NCBI GenBank assembly: GCA_965219585.1
Contig: CBDCOA010000003.1
Span: 1,535,390-1,599,389, forward strand
Reading direction: 5' to 3'
Length of the DNA stretch: 64,000 nucleotides
Source: Bryobacterales bacterium
GTDB lineage: Bacteria; Acidobacteriota; Terriglobia; Bryobacterales; UBA6623
The position numbers and the translations under genes were made by a program. Every line of letters begins with the position of its first letter. Positions within the stretch are counted from its first letter, which is position 1. The notes under the pieces were generated by a model, which did not search any database, was not told the DNA's origin, and was given only the letters and a program-made list of their open reading frames with translations. Shown here one piece after another: positions 1-9,133 of the stretch.

Positions 1-1494
1 CTGGGCGAATCCTCGCGCGCGGAGCGCACTGCGCCCAGCGGGAGCAGCGAGCCGGCAAGGCCACATCCTCCCTTTGACATCCGCTTGGACGGCAGGCGAC
101 TGGAGCTGCTGCAGCTGCCAGATGCAACCCAGCCTTTCAAACTCCGCTGGATCTCCATCGAAGGCCCGTTCGAGCCGCAAGGCCCCGGCGACACCGCCAG
201 CCGCCGCAAGATCTTCGCCTGCCGGCCCGAGAGCGCGGAAGAGGCGCGGCCGTGCGCCAAGAAAATCGTCTCGAGGCTGGCGCGCCAAGCCTACCGGCGG
301 CCGGTCGACGACCAAGACGTGGCGGCCCTGATGGCGATGTACGAGCTAGGGCAGGCGGAAGGGGGGTTCGAATCCGGCATCGAGCGGGCCATCCGAGCGC
401 TGCTCGTCTCCCCCAGCTTCCTGTTCCGCCTCGAACCCGACCCCGAAGACGCGGCGCCGGGCAAGCCCTTCCGGATCAGCGACACCGCGCTGGCCTCGCG
501 GCTCTCGTTCTTCTTGTGGAGCAGCCTGCCTGACGAGGAGCTCCTCGCGGCCGCCGAGCAGGGCCGCTTGCGCGACGAGCGCGAGCTGGAGCGGCAGGTC
601 CGGCGAATGCTGGCCGACCAGCGGGCAAGCGCGCTGGTGCAGAACTTCGCCGGGCAATGGCTGGAGTTGCGCAAGGTAGCGAAAGTCAAGCCCGACGAGA
701 TCCTGTTTCCGGAATTCGACGCGGACCTGCGCTCTGCCATGCGGCAGGAGACCGAACTGTTCTTCGCGGACATCCTGAAGCGCAATCGAAGCGCATTCGA
801 ACTGCTCGACGCCGACTACACGTTCCTGAACGAGAGGCTGGCCGCACACTATGGCCTCACAGGCGTGCGCGGCCCACAGTTCCGCCGGATCGGCCTAACG
901 GACGCGCGGCGCGGAGGCCTGCTCGGACAAGCCAGCGTGCTGGCCGTCACTTCCTACCCGAACCGCACCTCTGTGGTGATCCGCGGCAAATGGGTCCTGG
1001 AGAACCTCTTCGGCATGCCCCCGCCCCCGCCCCCGCCGGACATACCCGAGCTCGAAGAGGCTGCTCCGGAGGGCGAGCACCTGACCCTGCGGGAACTGAT
1101 GACGCTGCACAGCCAGAGCCCGACCTGCGCCAGCTGTCACGTCAGGATGGACCCGATCGGTTTCGCCTTGGAGAACTTCGACGCGATCGGACGCTGGCGC
1201 GACAAGGACGGCGAAGTGCCGATCGACGCCTCGGGAGAACTTCCAGGCGGCGTCCGGTTCAACGGTCCCGGCGAGCTAAAACAGGTGTTCACGACCGTGT
1301 TGAAGGACGCATTCGTGAGAACTGTCGTAGAAAAACTGCTCACGTACGCCCTAGGAAGGGGCTTGGAGTATTACGATAGACCTATAGTGCGAGCAGTCGC
1401 CCGCGAGGGGGAAGCGTCTAGCTATCGCTTCGCTGACCTCATCGTGGCGGTGACTAAGAGCATGCCGTTCCAGATGCGCAGGAGGGCTGAATGA
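1..1494 (+). CDS. DUF1592/DUF1588/DUF1585/DUF1595-domain protein (planctomycete-type cytochrome c-like), 5' end outside the window
   Basis: The frame is open from base 1. It contains LASRLSFFLWSSLPD, RGGLLGQASVL, TSVVIRGKWVLENL, the haem-type motif CASCH followed by MDPIGFALENFD, and LLTYALGRGLEY. The stop overlaps the next ATG (ATGA). Confidence 0.9.
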   Translation: MGESSRAERTAPSGSSEPARPHPPFDIRLDGRRLELLQLPDATQPFKLRWISIEGPFEPQGPGDTASRRKIFACRPESAEEARPCAKKIVSRLARQAYRRPVDDQDVAALMAMYELGQAEGGFESGIERAIRALLVSPSFLFRLEPDPEDAAPGKPFRISDTALASRLSFFLWSSLPDEELLAAAEQGRLRDERELERQVRRMLADQRASALVQNFAGQWLELRKVAKVKPDEILFPEFDADLRSAMRQETELFFADILKRNRSAFELLDADYTFLNERLAAHYGLTGVRGPQFRRIGLTDARRGGLLGQASVLAVTSYPNRTSVVIRGKWVLENLFGMPPPPPPPDIPELEEAAPEGEHLTLRELMTLHSQSPTCASCHVRMDPIGFALENFDAIGRWRDKDGEVPIDASGELPGGVRFNGPGELKQVFTTVLKDAFVRTVVEKLLTYALGRGLEYYDRPIVRAVAREGEASSYRFADLIVAVTKSMPFQMRRRAE

Positions 1495-2852
1495 GGTTCG
1501 TGACCAACAAATCGCTATCGCGCCGCACGGTGCTGCGTGGCTTGGGAGCGACCGTGGCCCTGCCCTTCATGGACGCGATGGTGCCGGCGCACGGCGCATC
1601 CCGCATCGCCGCGGGCTCGCCCGCACTGCGCATGGGCTTCGTCTACGTGCCGAACGGCATCATGGACCTCAAGGGCGAGTGGACACCCAAGGGCGAGGGG
1701 CGAGACTTTGAGTTCAGCCAGATCACCGCGGGGCTGGAGCCGTTCCGCCAGCACGTAACCGTGCTCAGCGGGCTGGCCCAGCTCAACGGCCGGCCCGGCC
1801 CGGACGGCGCCGGCGACCACGCCCGGGCGGGCGCGACCTTCCTCACGGGAGCGCGTCCGATCAAGACAGAGGGCGTCGGCATTCGGGCCGGCGTTTCCGC
1901 AGACCAGATCGCCGCCCGCGCGCTGGGCGAGCACACGCAGATCGCCTCTCTGGAGACCGGTATCGAGGAGCAGAGCGTGGCCGGCGGCTGCGATTCCGGC
2001 TATAGCTGCGCCTACACCAACACGCTCTCCTGGCGCACGCCCACGACGCCCAACCCGGTCGAAGACAACCCCAGGCGACTGTTCGAGCGACTGTTCGGCG
2101 ATGGCGAGAGCACCGACCCCGCGGAGCGGCTCTCCAAGCTGCGCGAGCAGCGCACGATCTTGGACTTCGTCCGCGAAGACCTGGCGCGCTTGCGGGCCGA
2201 TCTTGGCGCCGACGACCGGCGCAAGCTGGAGGAGTACGTCGAAGCCATTCGCGACCTAGAGCGGCGCATCGGGCGGGCGGAGGCGCAGAGCGGCCAGCAG
2301 ATCCCCACCTTCCACCGGCCGGGCGGTGTCCCGGACAGCTTCGACGAGCATGCCAAGCTGATGATCGACTTGCAGGTGCTGGCCTTCCAAGCCGACCTGA
2401 CGCGCGTGTCGAGCTTCATGATGGGGCGCGAGGGCACGTGGCGCAGCTATCCGAGCATTGGCGTTCCGGACGCGCACCACGCAGTCACGCACCACTCGCA
2501 TGATGCGGAAAAGATCTCCAAGGTCATCTTGATCAACCAGCACCACGTCAAGACGTTCGGCTACATGCTGGACAAGATGCGGTCGATCCAGGATGGCGAC
2601 GGCAGCCTGCTGGACCACTCGATGCTGCTGTACGGCAGCTCGATCTCGGATGGCAACCAGCACCTACACCACGACCTGCCGCTGGTCCTGGCTGGAGGAG
2701 CGGGCGGACAGCTGCCCGGCGGCCGCCATCTGCGCTACTCGCGCGAGACGCCCATGAACAACTTGCTGCTGACCATGCTCGACATGGTGGGAGTGCCGAC
2801 CGAGGCGCTTGGCGACAGCACCGGCAAGTTGGAAGGCCTCACCAGCGGGTAG
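1491..2852 (+). CDS. DUF1552-domain protein (Tat-like signal)
   Basis: The N-terminus reads SRRTVLRGLGATVALPFMDAM. It has the motifs GYSCAY, NPRRLFERLFG and DGSLLDHSMLLYGS, and is the usual partner of DUF1592 genes. Confidence 0.9.
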   Translation: MRFVTNKSLSRRTVLRGLGATVALPFMDAMVPAHGASRIAAGSPALRMGFVYVPNGIMDLKGEWTPKGEGRDFEFSQITAGLEPFRQHVTVLSGLAQLNGRPGPDGAGDHARAGATFLTGARPIKTEGVGIRAGVSADQIAARALGEHTQIASLETGIEEQSVAGGCDSGYSCAYTNTLSWRTPTTPNPVEDNPRRLFERLFGDGESTDPAERLSKLREQRTILDFVREDLARLRADLGADDRRKLEEYVEAIRDLERRIGRAEAQSGQQIPTFHRPGGVPDSFDEHAKLMIDLQVLAFQADLTRVSSFMMGREGTWRSYPSIGVPDAHHAVTHHSHDAEKISKVILINQHHVKTFGYMLDKMRSIQDGDGSLLDHSMLLYGSSISDGNQHLHHDLPLVLAGGAGGQLPGGRHLRYSRETPMNNLLLTMLDMVGVPTEALGDSTGKLEGLTSG

Positions 2853-2860
2853 GAACCTCG

Positions 2861-4222
2861 GTGCGGATTGATCGCCGGCACCGGACTCTCGCGGCGACCG
2901 CGTTCTGCGCCCTCGCTCTGGCTGTAGGCGCCTACGCCGGTGAAGCGAGCCTGGTAGAGGCGCTCAAACAGCGCGATCGGGCGGCTGTCTCGGAATTGCT
3001 GCAGCGTGGCGGCGACGCCATCAACGCCGCGCTGCCCGATGGCTCGACACCGCTAGCCTGGGCGGTGCATCTGCAGGATCTCGAGGCCGCCCGGAGCCTG
3101 CTGCGGGCCGGCGCCGAAGTCAACACCGCCGACACGTACGGCGACACCCCGCTCACGCTGGCGTGCGCCAACGGCGACGGGCCCATGGCGATGGCGCTGC
3201 TGGAGGCAGGCGCGGATCCGACGGTCAGCCGCTGGAACGGCGAGACCCCGCTGATGCTGGCGGCGGGGACCGGACTGACAGACGCGGTGCAGCTCATGCT
3301 TTCACGGGGCGCCGACCCCGACGCCCGCGAAAACGGTCGCGGCCAGACAGCGCTGATGTGGGCCGCATCCGACGGCCACCCCGAGACAGCGGCTGCCTTG
3401 GCGAAGGCCCGGGCGAACCTCGACGTCGCCTCCAAGCAGGGGTTCACGGCCCTGATGTTCGCCGTCACGCGCAACGACTTGGAGTCGATGCGGACTCTGC
3501 TGGAAGCAGGTGCCGACCCGAACACGGTGGCCTATGACGGCAGCCAGCCCGCGAACATCGCCGCCGCGTACGGCCACAGCGATGCGCTCGGGCTGCTGCT
3601 CGGTTCCAACGCCGGCGCGTCCACGCCGGACAAGGCAGGCCAGACGCCGCTCTATTTGGCGGCCCGGGCCGGCGACGCCAAGGCAGTCGAAATGCTGCTG
3701 GCGGCAGGCGCAGATCCCAACCTACATACCCATCCGATCGATGACTTGGGCGCGGACCGCGACCTGCGGAGGAGCGACGCCGAGGACACGCCCTTGCTCG
3801 CGGCGGCGCTGGAGGGGCATCTCGGCGTGATGAAGATGCTCGTTGCCGCAGGGGCCGACACCAAGGCCCGCACCCAGGATGGCGCGACGCTGCTGATGCG
3901 GGCGGTGCGGAGCGCGCAAATGCCGGTCGTCCAGTACGCCTATACCCTGGACAACGATCTCGCTGCGAAGACCTCCATCGGCCGCACGGTCATGCACGCA
4001 TCGGTCATGCTGACCTCGTTTCGCGCGACGGAAGACGAAATCTGTGAGATCATCCGCTTCCTCGCTGACGAGGGCGCGGACCCGGACCCCATCGACGCCG
4101 GGGGCCGGACAGCCATCTCCACCGCGGACGTGTGGCCGATGGAGAAGGCCTCGATGCTGCTGTACGAAATCACGGTCGCCGCGGGCCGGCAACCGAAGAT
4201 TCTTCCCACGAACCTCCGCTAG
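2861..4222 (+). CDS. Secreted ankyrin-repeat protein
   Basis: Signal peptide followed by many G-x-T-P/A-L repeats (GSTPLAWAV, GDTPLTLAC, GETPLMLAA, GQTALMWAA, GFTALMFAV, GQTPLYLAA). Confidence 0.9.
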   Translation: MRIDRRHRTLAATAFCALALAVGAYAGEASLVEALKQRDRAAVSELLQRGGDAINAALPDGSTPLAWAVHLQDLEAARSLLRAGAEVNTADTYGDTPLTLACANGDGPMAMALLEAGADPTVSRWNGETPLMLAAGTGLTDAVQLMLSRGADPDARENGRGQTALMWAASDGHPETAAALAKARANLDVASKQGFTALMFAVTRNDLESMRTLLEAGADPNTVAYDGSQPANIAAAYGHSDALGLLLGSNAGASTPDKAGQTPLYLAARAGDAKAVEMLLAAGADPNLHTHPIDDLGADRDLRRSDAEDTPLLAAALEGHLGVMKMLVAAGADTKARTQDGATLLMRAVRSAQMPVVQYAYTLDNDLAAKTSIGRTVMHASVMLTSFRATEDEICEIIRFLADEGADPDPIDAGGRTAISTADVWPMEKASMLLYEITVAAGRQPKILPTNLR

Positions 4223-4275
4223 CGCACTTTCCACTTGCCCTCAGCACCGGTCTGGGGTAGTCTCTAATCAAACTG

Positions 4276-4602
4276 ATGTTCTGCGAGACGTGCGGTTTCG
4301 AAATCGAGGAAGACGACCGCTTCTGCCGCAAGTGCGGCAAGGCGCTCGACGGCGCCGCGGCTGAGCAGATTCAAGGTGTCTGCATGCGCAAGCGGAAGGG
4401 CCGCATGGTGGCCGGCGTTTGCAGCGGCTGCGCGGCCTACTTCGGCAAGGACCTGACGACCCTTCGAGTCATTTGGGCGATCGGGGCGGTGATTCCGCCA
4501 ATCTTCCCCGGGGTGGTGGCGTACTTGGTGTGCTGGCTGTTATTGCCGGTAGACCCGTCCGAGGAGGCCCCGGCAGCCGACCGAACCGCGGCGGCCCACT
4601 AG
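4276..4602 (+). CDS. Zinc-ribbon plus PspC-domain membrane protein
   Basis: CxxC...CxxC N-terminus (MFCETCG...FCRKCG), then the PspC motif RMVAGVCSGCAAYFG...AYLVCWLLLP. Confidence 0.85.
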   Translation: MFCETCGFEIEEDDRFCRKCGKALDGAAAEQIQGVCMRKRKGRMVAGVCSGCAAYFGKDLTTLRVIWAIGAVIPPIFPGVVAYLVCWLLLPVDPSEEAPAADRTAAAH

Positions 4603-4613
4603 TTCGTCGCGCC

Positions 4614-5603
4614 GTGATCGAAACAGTCGCCTATGCCCGCGCGGGCGTGCTCGGCAACCCTTCCGACGGATACTTCGGCAAGACGCTTGCCGCCACCGTG
4701 CGGAACTTCCGCTCTCGCACGCTGCTGTATCCCAGCGCCCGGCTGGAGATCCGCCTCTCGGCGGCGGACATCCCGGTCTGGGAGAATCTGGGCCAACTTC
4801 GCGCCCACACTCGCTGGCGCGGCTACTACGGCGGAATTCGCATCATTCGCGCGCTGATCATGCGCTTCAGCGACTACTGCGCGGCGGAAGGGATCGAGCT
4901 GCACGACCGCAACTTCACGATCGAGTACGAATCGAACATCCCGCTGCGGCTGGGCATGGGCGGATCTTCCGCAATCATCACCTCCTCGCTGCGGGCGTTA
5001 ATGGCCCACTTCGAGGTGGACATCCCGCTACCTGTGCAAGCCAACCTGGTGCTCGAGACAGAGACTCGAGAGCTGGGCGTCTCGGCCGGCCTGCAAGACC
5101 GCGTCGTGCAGGTTTACGAGGGCTTGGTCTACATGGACTTCGACCGAGACCTGATGGAATCGAAGGGCTTCGGCGAGTACGAATCGATGGACGCCTCCCT
5201 GCTGCCCGACCTCTACGTCGCGTACCGCACCAACCTCAGCGAGGGCACGGAGGTGTTCCACAACGATCTGCGGAGGCGCTACGACTCGGGCGATGCCGCC
5301 GTGCGGGCCGCGATGCTGCAGTGGGCCGCGATGGCGTCTGAGGGCCGGAAGGCCCTGATTGCGGGAGACACCCAGCGCTTCGGGGAACTGATTGACGCCA
5401 ACTTCGACCTGCGAGCCCGAGTCTGCACGGTGAGCCCGGAAAACCTAGAGATGGTCCGAGCTGCCCGCAACGCGGGCGCAACCGCCAAGTTCGCCGGATC
5501 CGGCGGGGCCATCATCGGCACGTACCGCGACGAGGAGCACTTCGAGAAGCTGAAGGCGGCGCTGGCGAAACTGGACGTTCAAGCGATTCGGCCAGTGGTC
5601 TAG
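4614..5603 (+). CDS. GHMP-family sugar kinase, glucuronokinase-like
   Basis: AYARAGVLGNPSDGYFGKT, the ATP-binding motif PLRLGMGGSSA, AGLQDR and KFAGSGGA. GTG at 4614 was chosen to avoid overlap with the PspC gene. Confidence 0.85.
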   Translation: MIETVAYARAGVLGNPSDGYFGKTLAATVRNFRSRTLLYPSARLEIRLSAADIPVWENLGQLRAHTRWRGYYGGIRIIRALIMRFSDYCAAEGIELHDRNFTIEYESNIPLRLGMGGSSAIITSSLRALMAHFEVDIPLPVQANLVLETETRELGVSAGLQDRVVQVYEGLVYMDFDRDLMESKGFGEYESMDASLLPDLYVAYRTNLSEGTEVFHNDLRRRYDSGDAAVRAAMLQWAAMASEGRKALIAGDTQRFGELIDANFDLRARVCTVSPENLEMVRAARNAGATAKFAGSGGAIIGTYRDEEHFEKLKAALAKLDVQAIRPVV

Positions 5604-5634
5604 GCCGGCCAAGGCGCGATGCGCGGGCCGCGGG

Positions 5635-6594
5635 TCAGGACGGAGGCCCCGGCAGACAGCCCGAGGTGAGCGTCCCGACCCGGCACAGATAGTCGTCGGA
5701 GCACAGATAGAGCACGGAGCCATCGCCTCCCCAGCACAGATTCGCGATGCGCCGGCCGGTTGACACGCGCCCCAGGAGCGTTCCGTCCGGGGCGGCCACC
5801 CACACGCCGCCGGGACCGGTCGTGAAGATGTTGCCGGCCCGGTCGACCTTTATTCCGTCCGGCAAGCCGGGCGCTTCGGCGGCGAACTCGGTGAGATCGA
5901 TCAGCACGCTGCCGCTGCCCAGGGTGCCGTCCGCCAGCACCGGATAGCTCATCACGACCGCCCTGCGGGGGTTGGACTGCGTGACGTAGAGCAACCGCTC
6001 GTCGGGAGAGAACGCCAAGCCGTTCGGATTCTCGAGCTCGTCGGTCAGCAGCACAGGTTCGCGCTCGCCCGGGCGCACGAGGAAGACGCCGCAGAAGGGC
6101 AGCTCGCGAGCCGGATCGTCGTAGCGGTGGTGGAGCCCGTAGGCAGGGTCGGTGAAGTACAGGTCGCCGCTAGAGCGCAGGACCAGGTCGTTGGGCGAAT
6201 TCAGGCGCCTGCCTTGGTAGGAATCGGCCAGCGTGACCTTTCCCCCGCCATGCTCGAGCCTGGAAACCCGGCGGTCGCCGTGCTCGCACGCCAGCAGCCG
6301 GCCCTCGGGATCCAAGGTCAGGCCGTTCGAGCCTGGCTCCTTGCCGTAGTAGGCCACTCCCGTATATCCGGACGGCTGCATCCACACGCCGGTCCCGCCT
6401 TGCTCGCTCCAGCGATAGATGGAATTTCGCGGAATGTCGGAAAAGAGCAGGTGCCGCTCGCTGGCGACCCACACGGGCCCCTCGGGCCAAGCGAACCCCA
6501 CGTCGAGCAGCTCGATCGGGGCATCGGCTGCGATCAGGCCTTCGAGCCGGCCGTCCAGACGGTCGATGGCGCCTAAGGTCGGAAATTCAGGCAC
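5635..6594 (-). CDS. SMP-30/gluconolactonase/LRE family protein
   Basis: EGPVW, GSNGLTLD, LNSPNDL, PNGLAFSPDE and GLPDGIKVD motifs. Confidence 0.92.
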   Translation of the reverse strand: MPEFPTLGAIDRLDGRLEGLIAADAPIELLDVGFAWPEGPVWVASERHLLFSDIPRNSIYRWSEQGGTGVWMQPSGYTGVAYYGKEPGSNGLTLDPEGRLLACEHGDRRVSRLEHGGGKVTLADSYQGRRLNSPNDLVLRSSGDLYFTDPAYGLHHRYDDPARELPFCGVFLVRPGEREPVLLTDELENPNGLAFSPDERLLYVTQSNPRRAVVMSYPVLADGTLGSGSVLIDLTEFAAEAPGLPDGIKVDRAGNIFTTGPGGVWVAAPDGTLLGRVSTGRRIANLCWGGDGSVLYLCSDDYLCRVGTLTSGCLPGPPS

Positions 6595-6660
6595 GATACG
6601 ACATTCTATCCCGCCGGCGGCGAAATTCCGCCGGGTGTACGTCAGGAATCTGAGGCCGGC

Positions 6661-7914
6661 TCAGGTTGCGGCTGATCGATGTGCCCAAAAGTCCTCGTAA
6701 CGATCCGATTGGGTGCAGCAGCGTAGGCCGAGGATGGCGTTGGCACCGTCGACGTTCCAGCGCATTCCGGACCTTTTCAGGCGCATGCCGACAATGCTCT
6801 TGCAGGCGCTCTCTACAACGCCGGAGCCGACGCACAATCCGGCGGCACGGAACTCGGCGTAGCGCATCCGGTCGCGATTGCGCTGCATGTAGCGGAGGCA
6901 GTCGCTGGCCTTGTCGCAGTCGTCGGCGGAGCGCAGGGCCGCCAGCACTGCTTCAAAGCGGCCGCTGTCCAGTTCCTCGCAACGCGCCTCGGCCCAGGCC
7001 TCGATGGCGGCCTCGTGGCCGGCATGCAGTTCCTTGGACACGGCCCACAGCCACTCGTGGGCGTGCCACAGGTCGACGATCTGAATGGCGCCGGGGAACA
7101 TTTCCTGACATAACGACCAGATCCACAGGGCTCCGTCGCCCAGCACCACGCGGCGCTGGGCCTGCGGGAAGCCGCGCCGCTCAGCCTCGCGCCGCACGCG
7201 CTGGGCGAAGGCGCTCGGTGCGGGGTCGGTGTCGCGGCTGGCCGCGCTCTCGATCGCCGCGCAGTAGCTGACCGAGCCCGGGTCGCGCTGGGGTCGGCCG
7301 GTCTTGGGGTGGCGCCCTTCGGCGGTCCAGGCAGTGACCAGCTTGGCCTCGCGCGTCTTGGCCGAACCGTCGGCTTGCTTGCCCGGCCGGCCGGCGGTCT
7401 CGCTGCTGCGCACCGGCACGCCCGTGCCGTCGATGCCGAGGTACATCGTGGGAGCGCTCGGCGGCTGTGTGGCGAAGACCTCGCCGCCGCGGCGCTCGGC
7501 GGCGTCGATCTGCTCTCCCAGCGCCTCGGCGGCGCGTTCGACGCGCTTGGCGTCCAGCCGCAGGCCGGCCAGCTCGGCCAGCAGCAGGGAGGACTCGGCG
7601 AAGCTGACCAGCGCGGCGCTCAGGCCGGTCACGCGCAGCACGCCCGGGGAGAGCGAGGCAGCGGCCAGTCCGAGGCGGGAGTCACGCGGGAAGAAGCCTT
7701 TGGCGCAGCGGCGGCAATGATAGTAGGCCCGCCGCAGCGCCAGCGGCCCCAGCAGCGTGGTGAAGGTCTTGGCGAAACGGCCGACATAGCGGGCCGGGGC
7801 ACCGCAGGAGCAGGGCTGGCAGGCACCCTGCCAGTCGCTGCCATCGCGGTTGAGACGCTCGGCGAGCATGCGGCCGGCGAACTCTAGGGCCTTGTTGCGC
7901 AAGTAGGTTTCCAA
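6661..7914 (-). CDS. ISKra4-family DDE transposase (frame open up to the A8 run at about 8010)
   Basis: Zn-ribbon-like CSC...YYHCRRC, GIDGTG, VVLGDGALWIW, DLWHAHE, GSGVVESACK and RLKRSGMRW motifs. Confidence 0.9.
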   Translation of the reverse strand: METYLRNKALEFAGRMLAERLNRDGSDWQGACQPCSCGAPARYVGRFAKTFTTLLGPLALRRAYYHCRRCAKGFFPRDSRLGLAAASLSPGVLRVTGLSAALVSFAESSLLLAELAGLRLDAKRVERAAEALGEQIDAAERRGGEVFATQPPSAPTMYLGIDGTGVPVRSSETAGRPGKQADGSAKTREAKLVTAWTAEGRHPKTGRPQRDPGSVSYCAAIESAASRDTDPAPSAFAQRVRREAERRGFPQAQRRVVLGDGALWIWSLCQEMFPGAIQIVDLWHAHEWLWAVSKELHAGHEAAIEAWAEARCEELDSGRFEAVLAALRSADDCDKASDCLRYMQRNRDRMRYAEFRAAGLCVGSGVVESACKSIVGMRLKRSGMRWNVDGANAILGLRCCTQSDRYEDFWAHRSAAT

Positions 7915-7949
7915 GGCCTCGAAGTCGAGCTGGTCGGCACAGCCGGGGC

Positions 7950-8384
7950 CTACGAAGCGCTCGAGCTCGGCTTGGACGGCGTCGACGAAATCCTGCGCGC
8001 AGGGTTTTTTTTAGCGCCGTCCGGGGCGTGCTTGGCGGGCTGCTCGGTTTCCAGTTGCGCTTGGCAGGCCTGGTCGCTGACCTCGATCAGCTCGGCGACG
8101 AGGCGGCGCAAGCGCTGGCACTCGGCGATTTGCGCGCGCGTGGCGGCGAGCTGGTCGACCGGGATGCTGCGCGTGCGGGTCTTGCCGTTGACGCTGTGGG
8201 TGAGCAGCCAGCGCGGACCGTGGCCGGGATCGTCCGGATCGGCGCAACGGCAGTTCGGCTTGCCGCACTTGCGGTAAGAAGCCACTAGGGAACCGGGACG
8301 CAAGTCGCCCAGAGCGGCGATCTGCTGGAGGAGCTGCAGGCGGCGGGCAGCGGGGGAATCGGTGACGGGCAGGGTAGCGGACAC
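7950..8384 (-). CDS. IS-associated orfA (DUF6788-like), probable frameshift partner of the transposase
   Basis: LRPGSLVASYRKCGKPNCRC...HGPRW motif. GTG start preceded by AAGGAGG. Confidence 0.8.
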   Translation of the reverse strand: MSATLPVTDSPAARRLQLLQQIAALGDLRPGSLVASYRKCGKPNCRCADPDDPGHGPRWLLTHSVNGKTRTRSIPVDQLAATRAQIAECQRLRRLVAELIEVSDQACQAQLETEQPAKHAPDGAKKNPARRISSTPSKPSSSAS

Positions 8385-8405
8385 GGGGCCTCCTTGTCTG
8401 GAAGC

Positions 8406-8435
8406 ATTATACACTGTCAGACAAGAATTCAGCAA
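8406..8435 (-). promoter_or_regulatory. Sigma70-type promoter of ISKra4 orfA
   Basis: Minus strand TTGCTG-18 nt-TATAAT upstream of the SD and GTG. Confidence 0.55.
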
Positions 8436-8536
8436 TCAGCTTGCCTGTAATGCGTAATCGGTTTCCAGCACGAACAATCAGTCCGCTCTTATGCCGAAAT
8501 CAGAATCGTGTCGTACACCCAATTCCGCCGCGGCGA

Positions 8537-8565
8537 TTGCCCGGCGCGCGGGAACCGGCTAGAAT
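8537..8565 (+). promoter_or_regulatory. Sigma70-type promoter of rimP-nusA-infB
   Basis: TTGCCC-17 nt-TAGAAT upstream of the rimP leader. Confidence 0.6.
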
Positions 8566-8594
8566 GAGAGGAGTCGCAGTTTCGGCGATAACCG

Positions 8595-8620
8595 AAAGTG
8601 GGCTTTGGCCCACTTTTTTT
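8595..8620 (+). terminator. rimP leader intrinsic terminator/attenuator
   Basis: Hairpin AAAGTGGGC-TTTG-GCCCACTTT ending in a T7 tract, 14 nt before the rimP ATG. A terminator in the rimP leader is a known conserved feature. Confidence 0.8.
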
Positions 8621-8634
8621 ATGGTTCCGAGTCG

Positions 8635-9105
8635 ATGGCTTCGCAAAGAAAGGAAATCGTGTCCAAGGTGAGCGAGTTGACGCGCCAGATCGTCCAATTC
8701 GAAGGCTTGGAACTGGTGGACGCCGAATGGAAGGGAGCCCTGCGCGGCGGCCTCCTGAGGGTCTACATCGACAAGCCGACAGGCATCACGCACGCCGACT
8801 GCGAGCGCGTCTCGCGCCAGCTGTCGGCAGCGCTGGACGTCGAGGACCTGGTGCCGGACAGCTACACCCTGGAGGTGTCGTCGCCGGGATTGGATCGCAA
8901 GCTGTCGCGGCCGGCGGATTACCGCCGCTTCCAGGGGCGCAAGGCGAAGCTGCGCGTGCGCGTGGCACTGGAAGGCAGCCGCACCGTGACGGGCTTGATC
9001 GAGGGCACTACGCAGGAGAGCGTGTCGCTGCGCACCGCCAACGGCGAAGCGCTGGACGTCCCGTTTGCGGACATCGAACTTGCGCGCTTGGTGGTCGAGG
9101 TTTGA
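8635..9105 (+). CDS. rimP: Ribosome maturation factor RimP
   Basis: LRVYIDK, DCERVSRQLS and YTLEVSSPGLDR. It is the first gene of the nusA operon. Confidence 0.95.
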   Translation: MASQRKEIVSKVSELTRQIVQFEGLELVDAEWKGALRGGLLRVYIDKPTGITHADCERVSRQLSAALDVEDLVPDSYTLEVSSPGLDRKLSRPADYRRFQGRKAKLRVRVALEGSRTVTGLIEGTTQESVSLRTANGEALDVPFADIELARLVVEV

Positions 9106-9133
9106 CGGGAGCGGGCAAGGGGCGAGGAAAGAC

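Larger units (their letters stand above)
6633..8520 (-). mobile_element. Complete ISKra4-family insertion sequence (1888 bp)
   Basis: Terminal inverted repeats GGGTGTACGTCAGGAATCTGA (6633-6653) and TCAGAATCGTGTCGTACACCC (8500-8520) match at 18/21. A 9-bp direct repeat AATTCCGCC flanks them at 6624-6632 and 8521-8529. Confidence 0.92.

Noticed and set aside
365-375. GGTTCGAATCC, a tRNA T-loop-like sequence
   Set aside because: It lies inside the DUF1592 CDS (GGFES codons) with no cloverleaf or acceptor stem around it.
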